IMG/VR virus record: IMGVR_UViG_3300045988_003641
Location: 25,067-89,066 of that record
Source of the DNA: a virus
Taxonomy: Duplodnaviria; Heunggongvirae; Uroviricota; Caudoviricetes
Strand: one strand, 5' to 3'
Length of the DNA stretch: 64,000 nucleotides
In this document: positions 28,830 through 39,250 of the stretch, in pieces
Layout of the letters: the number at the start of each line of letters is the position of its first letter
How positions within the stretch are numbered: position 1 is the first letter of the stretch
Translations under genes and position numbers: made by a program
Notes under the pieces: model-generated
What the model saw: only the letters and a program-made list of their open reading frames with translations
Database searches by the model: none
Told to the model about the DNA's origin: nothing

Positions 28830-29930
28830 TTATTCGTAGTCTCGAATAACGAGACCAACAGGGAACTGTAAAGAACCCTTACGAGTCATCTTCTGGAACT
28901 GAACCGTTAAAGGTTTCCCGATAAACTCTTCAGGATGCTCAGCAAGATACTGTTTCTTCTCGTGTGTAGTTTTCCATGAAACATCTACAAAGACGTTAGG
29001 AAGAGTCTCTACAACGAACTTACCATGACCACGCTTATCAGTCTTTACACCAGTCACTTTAAACTCTTCAGTGTGCATCTTCTTGTGCTTAATCAAGAAG
29101 TATGAACGGTGACCACACTCATAGAAAGATTCTTCAGAGATTGAACGGTACATTGCACCTTCAAACTTAGCTTCAACCCACTTATCATGAGCTTCATCAA
29201 ACTCTTCCCAAGAATTTACACGGATAGTCTGTACAGGAACAACTCTACAGGTATCCCCAAGCTCAACAATAGGTGAGTTATCAATAACTTCACGACGCTC
29301 AGGCCAAGATTTTGAATTGTCACAGATATCATACCAGTAGAATTTAAGAAGGTGACGGTCTGGATTGTCAGCATTCTTAATCATAGATACAATATCTTCT
29401 AAGTCCCAACCATGAGCATAAATCTCTCCGTCAAAGTCTTCAACTTGCGGATGTAATTTAAGCAACAAAAGCAAATCTGGGATTAGTTCTGTTGGAACGT
29501 TGTAAACAGTATTCTCACGAGAATAAGCTGTGAAACTGACTGAATCAGCATCTCTTGAGATTCTACAACGTACACCATCAAGTTTTGGTTGAGCATCAGC
29601 AGGGAACTTCAGATACTTTGCATGACTAACCTTTGCAGCATCATGAGCAAGCTGTACACCTACCTTCTCAGTATTCTGTGCAGACTCTTTTGTGTAAGCA
29701 TAACCTTTACGGTCAACTTGCTTTTTATACTTAGCAGCAACTTCAAAGAGAGCTTGCTGTTCAGCGTTACGCTCATTCTTTTTACCGATGTTCTTAGGCT
29801 CTGCTGTATACTCTTCAAACATCATCTTGCCATTCTCTTTACCATAGGTTGTAATAACTTTGTCACCTACAGCAACACATGACCAGACGTTGAAGGAACC
29901 ATCTTTATTTTGTTTGTACAGAATTGTCAT
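28830..29930 (-). CDS. ATP-dependent DNA ligase
   Basis: adenylation motif I KLDGVR; start placed at internal ATG with GAGG ribosome-binding site (longest ORF runs to 29966). Confidence 0.65.
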   Translation of the reverse strand: MTILYKQNKDGSFNVWSCVAVGDKVITTYGKENGKMMFEEYTAEPKNIGKKNERNAEQQALFEVAAKYKKQVDRKGYAYTKESAQNTEKVGVQLAHDAAKVSHAKYLKFPADAQPKLDGVRCRISRDADSVSFTAYSRENTVYNVPTELIPDLLLLLKLHPQVEDFDGEIYAHGWDLEDIVSMIKNADNPDRHLLKFYWYDICDNSKSWPERREVIDNSPIVELGDTCRVVPVQTIRVNSWEEFDEAHDKWVEAKFEGAMYRSISEESFYECGHRSYFLIKHKKMHTEEFKVTGVKTDKRGHGKFVVETLPNVFVDVSWKTTHEKKQYLAEHPEEFIGKPLTVQFQKMTRKGSLQFPVGLVIRDYE

Positions 29931-30123
29931 TTTTAACCTCTGAGTGATACCAAGTATTGCAAGCATTACATGCGTAAAGCTCTAAGTCATTTTTATCTGG
30001 TTTGTGGAAACAGTTTGACCCACAACGACACCGGAATAGCTTACCATCAACACGAAGAATGAATGTTTCAAGCTCACCATCTTCTGTAAGAACTGCGTTC
30101 TTAAATTTATCTTCTACAGTCAT
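29905..30123 (-). CDS. zinc-finger protein
   Basis: 72 aa; CRCGSNC...CNAC cysteine cluster. Confidence 0.3.
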   Translation of the reverse strand: MTVEDKFKNAVLTEDGELETFILRVDGKLFRCRCGSNCFHKPDKNDLELYACNACNTWYHSEVKNDNSVQTK

Positions 30124-30326
30124 TTTCTCTTACCACCAATCTCTACGTCGATAACTTGAACATCGCCAGCAACATCAAACTTATGAATGATGCTTTCCAC
30201 AGTGTAAGTCCAACCCTCAATGCGAACCAACTCACCTTCTCGTGGGACGATTGGATTACGTTGAGCTACGGTTGTAGTGGAGTGAACAACATCATAACAA
30301 TAGATGTAGTTTACTAAGACTTCCAT
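30120..30326 (-). CDS. hypothetical protein
   Basis: start moved to internal Met so it does not overlap upstream lipoprotein gene; ORF track gives 30120-30425. Confidence 0.3.
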   Translation of the reverse strand: MEVLVNYIYCYDVVHSTTTVAQRNPIVPREGELVRIEGWTYTVESIIHKFDVAGDVQVIDVEIGGKRK

Positions 30327-30336
30327 CGTGAAAACC

Positions 30337-30606
30337 TCACTCAATAACCGTAGTGTGTGATTGACCATTTTTGCCATAGCTATAAGATGTTGTTGTTTGG
30401 GAGTTTGGACATCTGACAACAACAATATCTCTGCTTATAGCATCACCATGTAACTTGTATACTCTGCAATCTTGCATCTCTGGTGGGAGACTGTAAGAAG
30501 CATTTTTATCTTCATAAGAAGGGTTGCAGCCAGATAGAAAAACAACACCAAGCGCAATTACTGCTTTCCACATAATACTTCCCCAGAGACTGTACATTTT
30601 CTTCAT
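30337..30606 (-). CDS. lipoprotein
   Basis: 89 aa; signal peptide with lipobox-like LSGC. Confidence 0.45.
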   Translation of the reverse strand: MKKMYSLWGSIMWKAVIALGVVFLSGCNPSYEDKNASYSLPPEMQDCRVYKLHGDAISRDIVVVRCPNSQTTTSYSYGKNGQSHTTVIE

Positions 30607-30836
30607 AGCAACTCCAGAATATCAATACGTTCACCTTTGAGTACTCCAGTACGGTCTTTTGCAATCTTACCGTCAACAATAAGAATGTGTGCAGACCTTA
30701 AAGTGTCGCTGTTAAAGGCTTTTACGAACTTGCTAGGCATCACTACAATACACATCTCCTGAATCAACTCTGGAGTATAGCAATTGTCGTGAAGTTGCTG
30801 AATAACGTCTGCAAGTGTCATTTTTGATGTCTCCAA
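30603..30836 (-). CDS. hypothetical protein
   Basis: 77 aa ORF. Confidence 0.3.
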   Translation of the reverse strand: METSKMTLADVIQQLHDNCYTPELIQEMCIVVMPSKFVKAFNSDTLRSAHILIVDGKIAKDRTGVLKGERIDILELL

Positions 30837-31027
30837 TATTCAATATCTACAAGTTCTTGTGCAATGCTTTTAAGGTTACTTTTGAGGAAAACTTTCTCAC
30901 CACCAGACAGGGAAGTGTTATCAATGAGTCTATTCATTCTCTCAAACAACTTCTGCTTACGGTTCTTGATAGTTTCCTTTGAAGCACCTTTCATCATCGC
31001 TGCATGGGTTCTTCCACGGTGACTCAT
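30818..31027 (-). CDS. hypothetical basic protein
   Basis: 69 aa, lysine/arginine-rich. Confidence 0.3.
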   Translation of the reverse strand: MSHRGRTHAAMMKGASKETIKNRKQKLFERMNRLIDNTSLSGGEKVFLKSNLKSIAQELVDIEYWRHQK

Positions 31028-31078
31028 AAGCCCTCCTATATAAGATATAGTATAAGGTACTCTTCCATGAGCACCTTG

Positions 31079-31594
31079 TCAACTTAGTTTTGCAAACTCT
31101 CCGTGGAGTTTTACAGCAGCTTCACAGTAAGCTTTATGGGCTTCTTCTTCCGTTGTGTATGTTCCTATATGTATAGTCTTACCATTATGGTTAATCTGGG
31201 CTACCCACTTACCAGACTTGCTTCTACTTGTGCCTTTTAAGTTTTTTGATGTTCTAGGTTGTCTCCTATTAGACATGTTCTGTTCTTTTGTGGCCTCTCT
31301 TAAATTGTTCCAAGCGTTATTCAAGCCATCTCCATCTTTGTGGTCAATGTGTTTATCAGGCCACTTGCCTGTCATCCAGAACCAAGCAATTCGGTGATTA
31401 CCTGTCCTGTATCCTAAAATCTGTGTGTGCATATACACACCAGACCTTGTGCGCTTAATTGCTCCGGCTTGGCTTCCAATAACCACCCTACTACTATGTG
31501 GAGGTCTACCAATCCATGTTAAGACCCCTGTTTCGGGGTCATAATCTAACCAAGACTTTAACTGTTCATGTGTGAATCCACAATCTCTCATCAA
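31079..31594 (-). CDS. HNH endonuclease with AP2-like DNA-binding domain
   Basis: 171 aa; HNH-like HIDHKDGDGLNNAWNNL; C-terminal KSGKWVAQI...GTYTTEEEAHKAY resembles AP2 domain of HNH homing endonucleases. Confidence 0.55.
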   Translation of the reverse strand: MMRDCGFTHEQLKSWLDYDPETGVLTWIGRPPHSSRVVIGSQAGAIKRTRSGVYMHTQILGYRTGNHRIAWFWMTGKWPDKHIDHKDGDGLNNAWNNLREATKEQNMSNRRQPRTSKNLKGTSRSKSGKWVAQINHNGKTIHIGTYTTEEEAHKAYCEAAVKLHGEFAKLS

Positions 31595-34290
31595 TGTACC
31601 TCATACCAGCTCTTACCAACCTTACCTGTGCCAGTTACAAGCGTCTCACTCTTCAAACCTAAATTCTTAGATGCCTGACCATACATCCAGTCAGTTATGG
31701 CTTTAACTTCTTGAGTCATACTTTCTGGGCATTCCCAACTGTTTTCATCGTGGTATGCCAGCAAAAGCCTAGCACCGATTGCTGGTTTTCGTCCATTTAA
31801 TTTTGTCAATCCTTCTTCACATGCTCTTCTACAAGCAAGATTAATTGCCTCATTTTGAATCTGAGCCTCTGAACCCATGAGCAAATAATTCAATAACTTA
31901 TGTGGAGATTTACACCACAACCAAGCTCCAGCAACCTTTACAAAACCACCTTTAGAGATTGCAGCAGTCTTACCAAATACCTCTTCAAGTGCCTTTTTAG
32001 TTGCTTTGTAGTCAGCTTCCAAGTCATCTAGCAGCTTTTTAATTTTAGGCAAACGAATAAAGTAAGTCTGTTTAGTCAGCGCACCTTCCTGAGTAGTTGC
32101 AGCTTTAATCGTCTTAGCAAACTTCTCATCACCTGCACCGAACAGCAGTGCATAGATACCATTCTTAGCTTTCTTACGACCCTTGCTAATCTCATGAAGA
32201 AGATTCTCATCCTGAGTAGCTCGACAAGTCAAGATGTCCTGCTCATCGTTCAAGTTAAAGTAAATACTGTTCAGTGTATGTGCATCAGTCCCTGAATAGA
32301 CAACGTACAGGTCATTCTCAGAGTCATAGCGAAGGTACTTATCAATCTCTGGGTTGAGGTACTCATCAAAGTGTTTACAGTAATAGCGTCCATCTTCTTG
32401 ACGAATGAACTCAATTTCTTCTTTACCTTGCGTTACCGCTTTGGTGAAGTCTTTATCACCCATAAAGTTACAAAGAAGAACTAGCTGGGCTGAGTTCATG
32501 TCTACAGAGACAACGTTAGTACCTTCCTCACAAATCCACACTGCCCTCATTGGTTCCCCATAGACAGCAGCACCAGACGGTACGTTTACAATACCATACT
32601 GTGTCATACGTCCAGTTGAAGTACCAAACACCATTGCACCAGCACTAAGGCGACCATCAGGACGAATCTGGTTCAACCAACCTTTTTCATCATCCTTTGA
32701 GTTCTCAATAGTTCTGCGTCGGTGCATCAAAGTGTAGTATTTAGCAATCTTCTGTCCAAGCTCACCTTCAATCGTATCGTAAGATGATTCAGTAAGTTTT
32801 GGTGAAGTACGGATTAAGCAAGGCTCAAGCAAATCTGTGTACTTCTTCACAGACCAGTTATGCTCAATGTACTGGACGCCTTCGTGTTCAACATAACTCA
32901 AACCACACCGCTCAACCATTTCCTGCCACTTAGGATGCTTTGTAATCATCTTTTTATTGTCTTTGAAACGACAAACTTTGACAGGGCGACCATCAGAGTC
33001 TTTCTTGTAGTTCCAGTCATCTGGAATCCAACCAACTGATTTCAAGTAGTCTTTAACAACTGCTACCTGAGTCATACGAGAAACTTCAAACTCAATTGGT
33101 GTATATGGTGCATCAATCAAACCTGTGTAGCGACTTGACTCAAGTTCAAAGTGGTTAACAACGTGGCTGTTATAGTACTTCACAGTTTTGACTGTTTTTA
33201 CTGGCTTCCAGTCTTTGCATTTCTTACCAATCTTTGCGTTCAACTCATTGCAAATTGCACGAGCATCCTTCATTGCTACAAAGCCTTCCTTGTACTCTTC
33301 ACCAGTTACAGAGTTGGTTGGTGTATAGCAATTCCTTTTTTCAATGTTAAAAATCTTTGTAGTTGGCTTACCAAATGGTTTGATTTCGTATGTCTGCATC
33401 TCGCCATTACGTACCTGCTGACGATACTTTGTCTTAGGGTACTTGGTAATTCTTTTCAGTCCATCTGCATGACCAAATGTTTCAACATACTCATTCCAAG
33501 CTTTTGCAAACTCTTCTCCAGTGACTTTACCTTTGGTCTTAATAGTTGGAGGTAGATGTGGTTCAACCTCTGAAGCAAGCTCATTAGTCAACTTGTCAAG
33601 TTCCTTTACATGGAACTCCATAAGCTCTTTATCAGCTTTCCAACCATTGATAGCTTGTTGACTCATCCAGAAAGATGTTTCTTTAGCTCGCATGTAGGTT
33701 TCATAAGTGTCTATGCCACACTTCTTAAGCTTGAGATACTCATTATCAAGTGCCCGTTTAGTTTTGGCGTTAATACGGATATCTTCTACAACACGAGTGA
33801 AGATTTCTGCATTCCACACACCCCAATGTTCAATCTCTGGTTTACGAACACCAACACGAGCACCCCATGCAGCCAAGCCATGAGCACCTTTATAACCCTT
33901 TGGAGTTGGTCTATCCATCCACTGAACACGAGACTGGATAAGAGAATCCTGAAAGAAATTACTCCACGGCTTACACTTTGGATTATCAAAGTTCCATAAA
34001 TCCGGTGCAATGTGATTGAAAACCCACCAGTCATAACCTAGACCATTATGAATGCAAAGACGTTTTGCCTTTAACGCAAACTCAATACCTTCACGTAAGC
34101 CACCCTTAATGTACTTGGTATACTTGTGACCGAGGATAGGCTCATCTGTAAAGACCCATACAGGTGGCTCTTCATCGTCAGATTTATAGTCTGCGAAAGC
34201 CATTACGTGCACTTTAGTGAACTCAAGGAGTAAACCATCAGTTTCTGTATCACCAACTAAATGTAAGTTTTTAAAATCTACGTTTTCCAT
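31591..34290 (-). CDS. DNA polymerase, family A, with 3'-5' exonuclease domain
   Basis: ~900 aa; Exo I motif DTETDGL near N-terminus; start set at internal ATG preceded by AGAGGGAG ribosome-binding site (ORF track gives 34320). Confidence 0.85.
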   Translation of the reverse strand: MENVDFKNLHLVGDTETDGLLLEFTKVHVMAFADYKSDDEEPPVWVFTDEPILGHKYTKYIKGGLREGIEFALKAKRLCIHNGLGYDWWVFNHIAPDLWNFDNPKCKPWSNFFQDSLIQSRVQWMDRPTPKGYKGAHGLAAWGARVGVRKPEIEHWGVWNAEIFTRVVEDIRINAKTKRALDNEYLKLKKCGIDTYETYMRAKETSFWMSQQAINGWKADKELMEFHVKELDKLTNELASEVEPHLPPTIKTKGKVTGEEFAKAWNEYVETFGHADGLKRITKYPKTKYRQQVRNGEMQTYEIKPFGKPTTKIFNIEKRNCYTPTNSVTGEEYKEGFVAMKDARAICNELNAKIGKKCKDWKPVKTVKTVKYYNSHVVNHFELESSRYTGLIDAPYTPIEFEVSRMTQVAVVKDYLKSVGWIPDDWNYKKDSDGRPVKVCRFKDNKKMITKHPKWQEMVERCGLSYVEHEGVQYIEHNWSVKKYTDLLEPCLIRTSPKLTESSYDTIEGELGQKIAKYYTLMHRRRTIENSKDDEKGWLNQIRPDGRLSAGAMVFGTSTGRMTQYGIVNVPSGAAVYGEPMRAVWICEEGTNVVSVDMNSAQLVLLCNFMGDKDFTKAVTQGKEEIEFIRQEDGRYYCKHFDEYLNPEIDKYLRYDSENDLYVVYSGTDAHTLNSIYFNLNDEQDILTCRATQDENLLHEISKGRKKAKNGIYALLFGAGDEKFAKTIKAATTQEGALTKQTYFIRLPKIKKLLDDLEADYKATKKALEEVFGKTAAISKGGFVKVAGAWLWCKSPHKLLNYLLMGSEAQIQNEAINLACRRACEEGLTKLNGRKPAIGARLLLAYHDENSWECPESMTQEVKAITDWMYGQASKNLGLKSETLVTGTGKVGKSWYEVH

Positions 34291-34320
34291 TTTTACTCCC
34301 TCTAAAATCATTAACCTCAT

Positions 34321-34547
34321 ACATTACTGCAAAAAATTATAAAAAGCAAGTTGACAATGCACTTGACAAGGTGTTAATCTTTGCGAAGTGGGTTTTTACT
34401 TAAAAGGTTACTTAACAGTTTAACTATACAGATACTTTAAATCTCTTAAAAGATTATTTAATAGCTTTTAAAAAGCTTTAAAGTATAACGTATAGAATAC
34501 GTTAAGATAAAAGATTAAAACTTAATAGTTACTTAAAAGAGGCTTAC
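34321..34547. promoter_or_regulatory. divergent early promoter region
   Basis: AT-rich 227-bp gap between divergent operons; perfect TATAAT on minus strand (34336-34341); TTGACA hexamers on plus strand (34351, 34364). Confidence 0.45.
34486..34504. promoter_or_regulatory. palindromic candidate operator
   Basis: perfect inverted repeat TAACGTAT-AGA-ATACGTTA, ~45 bp upstream of start codon at 34548. Confidence 0.5.
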
Positions 34548-34970
34548 ATGCAGAAAATGTTTGTTCACCCAGACATAGCTGACTTTGTTAGAGCTTTGCA
34601 GAAGTTGGAAGAACTTGACATTGCTGCTCAACGGGAATATGCTCACCATCACAGGAGAATGGTTGATATACAACATGAAATAGAGTTGTCTGAAAACTAT
34701 GAAGATGACTTAAAATGCTCTGTATTTGAGCATATGAAAGATGTTGCTACAGCAAGACGTAAAGCTAAAGACACAGTTGCTTTACTGGATTCTCTTAAAA
34801 AGAGGTTGCAAAGTGGTACAGACCTGTGTAATCTAGCGTCACTGATTAACGATGTTGAAACTTCTTGGGATAGGCACTATTATCCACGTTCTGAAAAGAC
34901 ACTTGACTTTTCTTCATCAGAAAACTTAAAATGTTCTAGAAAGAAACTTAACCAACTGAGAGAGAAATAA
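34548..34970 (+). CDS. hypothetical early protein
   Basis: 140 aa, predicted helical; first gene of rightward operon. Confidence 0.35.
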   Translation: MQKMFVHPDIADFVRALQKLEELDIAAQREYAHHHRRMVDIQHEIELSENYEDDLKCSVFEHMKDVATARRKAKDTVALLDSLKKRLQSGTDLCNLASLINDVETSWDRHYYPRSEKTLDFSSSENLKCSRKKLNQLREK

Positions 34971-34971
34971 T

Positions 34972-35784
34972 ATGAATATCAATGTGGAACAGATGCTTGA
35001 AGAGAAAGGTGTTGATGAAGCATTCTTAATCAATGCCGTAGAAAGCATGGCTATGATTCTTCGTGGAAATAACTACACAGAACAGTTTATGCCTGCAAGC
35101 TACAACTTACCTGAAGACAAGTCTGATAGTAGTGCTTTTGCAGAGCAGGTTAATATGATGCTGTGTGACAAAACGCTTGCTTTAGCATCTATCGTTGTAG
35201 GTGTCGATGCTCTTGCAGAGTTCATTTTTTATGAGATGCAGAAAAATGACTATATTGCCATGACATCTGAAGAAAAAGACTCGCTGCTGCTCTTAGATAA
35301 TGATGAGCTAGTTGGCCTGTTAATTTCTTCAACGAGTGCTGTTATGGCTGCTCTTGAGAAGCGTATGAATGAGAAGTTGTCACGGTATGAAAAACTTGAT
35401 TGGGGCGTAGAAGAATTAAACCCACGAATCAAAGAGATTATCCAGCAAACCAAAGCTTCTTTGGAAGAAGCTGTGAAAGATGATTATGTAGCTGGCATAG
35501 AACCACTACAGGTGAAAGTTGCATTGATGATGCCAGCTATCTCTACGATGATGAATATCGTTGCATTAATCCAGCTTTCACAGATGATGGGTACAACCAT
35601 CGAGTTCATTGAGAGTATGACTGGTGGTGTCAGTATGCAAGCAATCAATGATGTTTTGGTGAGCATTGGAGCTTCAATCATTGAAGAGAAACTGCGCATT
35701 AACTTTGGTGACGATTTTGTGAAGCAAATCGCAGCTATGGCTGAAAAAGAACACTCACAGATTACCACTGAACAACTGCACTGA
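34972..35784 (+). CDS. hypothetical early protein
   Basis: 270 aa ORF. Confidence 0.35.
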   Translation: MNINVEQMLEEKGVDEAFLINAVESMAMILRGNNYTEQFMPASYNLPEDKSDSSAFAEQVNMMLCDKTLALASIVVGVDALAEFIFYEMQKNDYIAMTSEEKDSLLLLDNDELVGLLISSTSAVMAALEKRMNEKLSRYEKLDWGVEELNPRIKEIIQQTKASLEEAVKDDYVAGIEPLQVKVALMMPAISTMMNIVALIQLSQMMGTTIEFIESMTGGVSMQAINDVLVSIGASIIEEKLRINFGDDFVKQIAAMAEKEHSQITTEQLH

Positions 35785-35801
35785 GTTTTTATAAATATTA
35801 C

Positions 35802-35827
35802 AAGCCTCCTTAGTTGGGGGCTTTTTA
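35802..35827 (+). terminator. putative terminator
   Basis: imperfect stem AGCCTCC/GGGGGCT followed by TTTTT. Confidence 0.4.
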
Positions 35828-35845
35828 GTAATTAAGGGAGATAGA

Positions 35846-36589
35846 ATGAGTAATATTATCGCATTTACTGGAAAGGCACGCTCTGGAAAAGACACCTCAT
35901 GTTCTATTGTGAAGAACATCTTAGAGGATGAGTACGGCTACAATGTTGCTGTAATGGCCTTTGCAGACAACCTTAAAATGTCTGCATCAAAGATATTTGA
36001 CCTGACTTGGAATGACCTGTATGGTGAAACTAAAGAGACTCCACAGGTATTTGACTTATCATATCCTGAACTGATGTTTAAAGTTACGGAAGCTATGGAG
36101 TTCACCTTCAGAGATGAACGTTACCATATGGACTTCAAGCTTATGTCAGAGTTAACCGGACGATTAATCATGGAGCTTAAGAAGGTTGCTAAACCTACCC
36201 TATTAACACGTCTGGGATTTAGTAAAAAGTATAAATTCTCATCAAGACAAATTCAACAGATTTGGGGTACTGAAGTTGTCCGTAAAGTAATGGGCGACAA
36301 GTTCTGGTCTAAAGACCTTGAAAAAAGAATGGTTAGATTCCATGAAATGTGCTCACTTAGAAATCAATATGGTTTTGTCTTAATCAGTGATTTAAGATTT
36401 GACTCTGAAGCTGAATGGCTGAGTAGATTTGCACACCAAACTATTGAAGTAAAAAGAGACAATGTGGACAAAGTTTCATCACATGTTTCAGAAAATGGGA
36501 TTTCTACAAAATATGAGCGTGACATTATTCATAATAATGGTACTCTTGCAGACCTTGAGAACAAGCTAAGAGCCATCATTAAAGTTTAA
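35846..36589 (+). CDS. deoxynucleoside monophosphate kinase (putative)
   Basis: 247 aa; N-terminal P-loop FTGKARSGKDT as in T4 gp1-type dNMP kinases. Confidence 0.5.
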   Translation: MSNIIAFTGKARSGKDTSCSIVKNILEDEYGYNVAVMAFADNLKMSASKIFDLTWNDLYGETKETPQVFDLSYPELMFKVTEAMEFTFRDERYHMDFKLMSELTGRLIMELKKVAKPTLLTRLGFSKKYKFSSRQIQQIWGTEVVRKVMGDKFWSKDLEKRMVRFHEMCSLRNQYGFVLISDLRFDSEAEWLSRFAHQTIEVKRDNVDKVSSHVSENGISTKYERDIIHNNGTLADLENKLRAIIKV

Positions 36590-36597
36590 AAGAGAGA

Positions 36598-36798
36598 ATG
36601 AAGATGAGAGTAAAAGACAATTTTAAAGTTATTGACCACCGTTTAGTGGAACTCTCATCTCTTTCCAATGAGGTAATGATTGAACGTCTTAAGAGAGTTG
36701 AATCACGAAGGAAAGAGATTGCAGATGAAATTCATGAACTGGACAAGATTGAAAATGGATTGAAGGCAGAACTACAACGAAGAGGTGCTAATGTCTAA
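36598..36798 (+). CDS. hypothetical protein
   Basis: 66 aa helical ORF. Confidence 0.3.
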   Translation: MKMRVKDNFKVIDHRLVELSSLSNEVMIERLKRVESRRKEIADEIHELDKIENGLKAELQRRGANV

Positions 36799-38776
36799 AG
36801 GTCGTAAATTGAAAGAGGCTGGTCAGTTTGTTGGTCATTGCGCATGTCCACGTTGTGGTTCATCAGATGCTGGTTCAATCTATCATCATGACGATGATTC
36901 TTATTCAATGACTTGCTTTAGTTGTAACAAAGGTTTCCCAGAGTGGGATTTTGATAAAGGACAAATTGTGAGCACTTATTCTACTGGTTCAGACAATAAA
37001 AACCGTACTTTCCGTGGAATGGATTTAGACGATGTAAAAGAAAACCTAGAAGCAATGGACTTGAAAGATAGGAAGATTCCTGCAAAAGTCCTTGAACGCT
37101 TAGGTATCAAGGTTGACATTGACAGTGATGGTGAAATTGACGCGCATTTCTATCCAACTTACAAACGTAATGAAGATGGTAAGCTAGAGCACGTTGGCTA
37201 CCGTGTTCGTCACCGTTACCCAGAAGACCATCCAAAAGAACACCTACGAGGTAAGTTAAAAGACTTTTCTGGTGGTGTTGGAGACATTAAAGGTGAACTG
37301 GCAATGTTCGGTTCATGGATTGCTCCAGAAGGTGGTAACCGTCTATTCATCTGGGAAGGTGAGATGGAATGTGCGACAGCAATCTATATGACTTCTCTTG
37401 CGATTAAGGATAAATCTCGTCGTAAGAATTACTGTCACGTATCTGTTCCATCAGGTGCAAACATCAAGTCTATCAAAGATAACTATCAGTACATTACATC
37501 ATTTGATGAGATTTACTTGTGCTTTGATAACGATGAAGCAGGTGCTAAAGCCACTAAAGATGCTGCTGGTATCCTACCTATTGAGAAGGTTCGTTTATTC
37601 CAGTATCCAGAAGGCGTAAAAGACCTTAACGAGTGGTGGACAAAGTTCTATAAAGAGAAAGACACAGTTCTGGAAGGATTTAAGCAGCGTATCTACAATG
37701 CACCTCGTTACTGTCCTGCTGGTATCAAGAACTTTGCAGATGGTTTTGAGGCAATGAAGAATCGTGGTCAGATTCCATTGATTCCTTTCCCAGAATCTTT
37801 CGGAGATTTGAACAGGCTGACTTATGGTGGTTACGGTTTAGGTGAGATTACAACTATTGCAGCACCATCTTCAGTAGGTAAGTCAGCTTACACTCGTGAG
37901 ATGATTTATTCAGCTTGGAAAGAAACTGATTATAATATCGGTGTAATTCCTGTAGAAGATACTTACGAAGAACTTATGGAAATGCTCTGTGCAATCCACC
38001 TGAGCAAGCAGATTTCTGAGATTCCTTATGATGAACGGGATTGGGATGAATTAAAAGGAGCACACGCAGAACTATCTAAAGGCCGTCGTATCCATATCGT
38101 TGACCATCAAGGGGCAATTGACCAAGATAACCTGCTAGAGTTTGTTGACTATCTTGTTAACAGTTTAGACTGTAAGATTATCATTCTTGACCCTATCACG
38201 TTAGCCCTGTCACGTTCTGATACGGATGAAGAAGAAGTTTTGTCTGAGCTATTGCGTCGTTGCAAACGCTACCAGTATGCGCAGGTAAACGTATGTCACG
38301 TTCGTAAGAGTGCAGGTGGTCAGAAAGCTAACTCTGAAGGTGGAGATATCTCTGAAGAGGATATTAAAGGTTCTGGTGCGTATTTCCAGATTTCTATGAA
38401 CAACATTCTGTTAATGCGTAACAAGGTTGACCCAGACCCTGTTAAGAAAAACTTGACAAAAATCAAGTTAACTAAGTGTCGTCGTCATGGTAAGTCAACA
38501 GGTATTGCTGGTCATACTTGGTACAATCCAGATACAGGACGTCTTATCAAAGCTTCTGGATGTGGTGTTGATATTGATGGTGCAGCAGAAAATATTCGCC
38601 AGCAGTTTGGTATTGGTGAAGCTGAAGACCATTACGATGACTCTTTGCCACATTATGAGGACGAAGTGTTTGACCGTGAGACTGGTGAAGTCTATACTGA
38701 AGAGCAGCGTCAAAGCTCAACGATTCCACCTGTATTAAGTGAGGATGCAGATGACTGCCCGTTCGAAACTGAGTGA
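36785..38776 (+). CDS. bifunctional primase-helicase (T7 gp4-like)
   Basis: 663 aa; N-terminal Cys4 zinc ribbon CPRCGS...CFSCN; acidic primase-type motif FDNDEAG; helicase Walker A SVGKSAYT. Confidence 0.85.
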   Translation: MLMSKGRKLKEAGQFVGHCACPRCGSSDAGSIYHHDDDSYSMTCFSCNKGFPEWDFDKGQIVSTYSTGSDNKNRTFRGMDLDDVKENLEAMDLKDRKIPAKVLERLGIKVDIDSDGEIDAHFYPTYKRNEDGKLEHVGYRVRHRYPEDHPKEHLRGKLKDFSGGVGDIKGELAMFGSWIAPEGGNRLFIWEGEMECATAIYMTSLAIKDKSRRKNYCHVSVPSGANIKSIKDNYQYITSFDEIYLCFDNDEAGAKATKDAAGILPIEKVRLFQYPEGVKDLNEWWTKFYKEKDTVLEGFKQRIYNAPRYCPAGIKNFADGFEAMKNRGQIPLIPFPESFGDLNRLTYGGYGLGEITTIAAPSSVGKSAYTREMIYSAWKETDYNIGVIPVEDTYEELMEMLCAIHLSKQISEIPYDERDWDELKGAHAELSKGRRIHIVDHQGAIDQDNLLEFVDYLVNSLDCKIIILDPITLALSRSDTDEEEVLSELLRRCKRYQYAQVNVCHVRKSAGGQKANSEGGDISEEDIKGSGAYFQISMNNILLMRNKVDPDPVKKNLTKIKLTKCRRHGKSTGIAGHTWYNPDTGRLIKASGCGVDIDGAAENIRQQFGIGEAEDHYDDSLPHYEDEVFDRETGEVYTEEQRQSSTIPPVLSEDADDCPFETE

Positions 38777-39032
38777 TAGTTATAAAAGAGAGGGGTTCAC
38801 ACCATTCTTTGAAGAAAAAAGTTTAAATAAATTTCAGGAAGAGTGTTTGACAAAGATTGATAGGTTCTATAGAATGCTCCACATGAAATGCGATGGAGAA
38901 GTTGAAATAGAACAACAGTTCCATCAAAGTATGATTACAGTCATCATTACACTGCCTCAGCATAATATTGGTTGGCTGTTTATAATGAAAGAAAATGTGT
39001 TTGAATATCAAGTATATCGGAGAATATCATGA
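38739..39032 (+). CDS. hypothetical protein
   Basis: 97 aa ORF overlapping primase-helicase 3' end; coding status uncertain. Confidence 0.2.
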   Translation: MRMQMTARSKLSDSYKREGFTPFFEEKSLNKFQEECLTKIDRFYRMLHMKCDGEVEIEQQFHQSMITVIITLPQHNIGWLFIMKENVFEYQVYRRIS

Positions 39033-39178
39033 AACACTCTAAAGCATTTGAAAAAGTTTTTGGGGATTCCTTAAAAGCCACTGCTGGAAAACCAGCAAAA
39101 TACTATGAAGAAAAACGTGTAAGAACTGGAAAAACTGCACGTAAAGCAGCTTCTAAAGATAAGCACAACTTCCAGTAA
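39029..39178 (+). CDS. small basic protein (49 aa), not in ORF track
   Basis: ATG preceded by GGAGA; encodes MKHSKAFEKVFGDSLKATAGKPAKYYEEKRVRTGKTARKAASKDKHNFQ. Confidence 0.25.
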   Translation: MKHSKAFEKVFGDSLKATAGKPAKYYEEKRVRTGKTARKAASKDKHNFQ

Positions 39179-39185
39179 TTAGTAT

Positions 39186-39214
39186 TTGACAATAGAGTAT
39201 CAACAAATTAGAAT
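39186..39214 (+). promoter_or_regulatory. sigma70-like promoter upstream of SSB gene
   Basis: TTGACA-N17-TAGAAT. Confidence 0.55.
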
Positions 39215-39250
39215 TGGTACTCTTCATAAATTGAGATAGAGGTTTAAATA

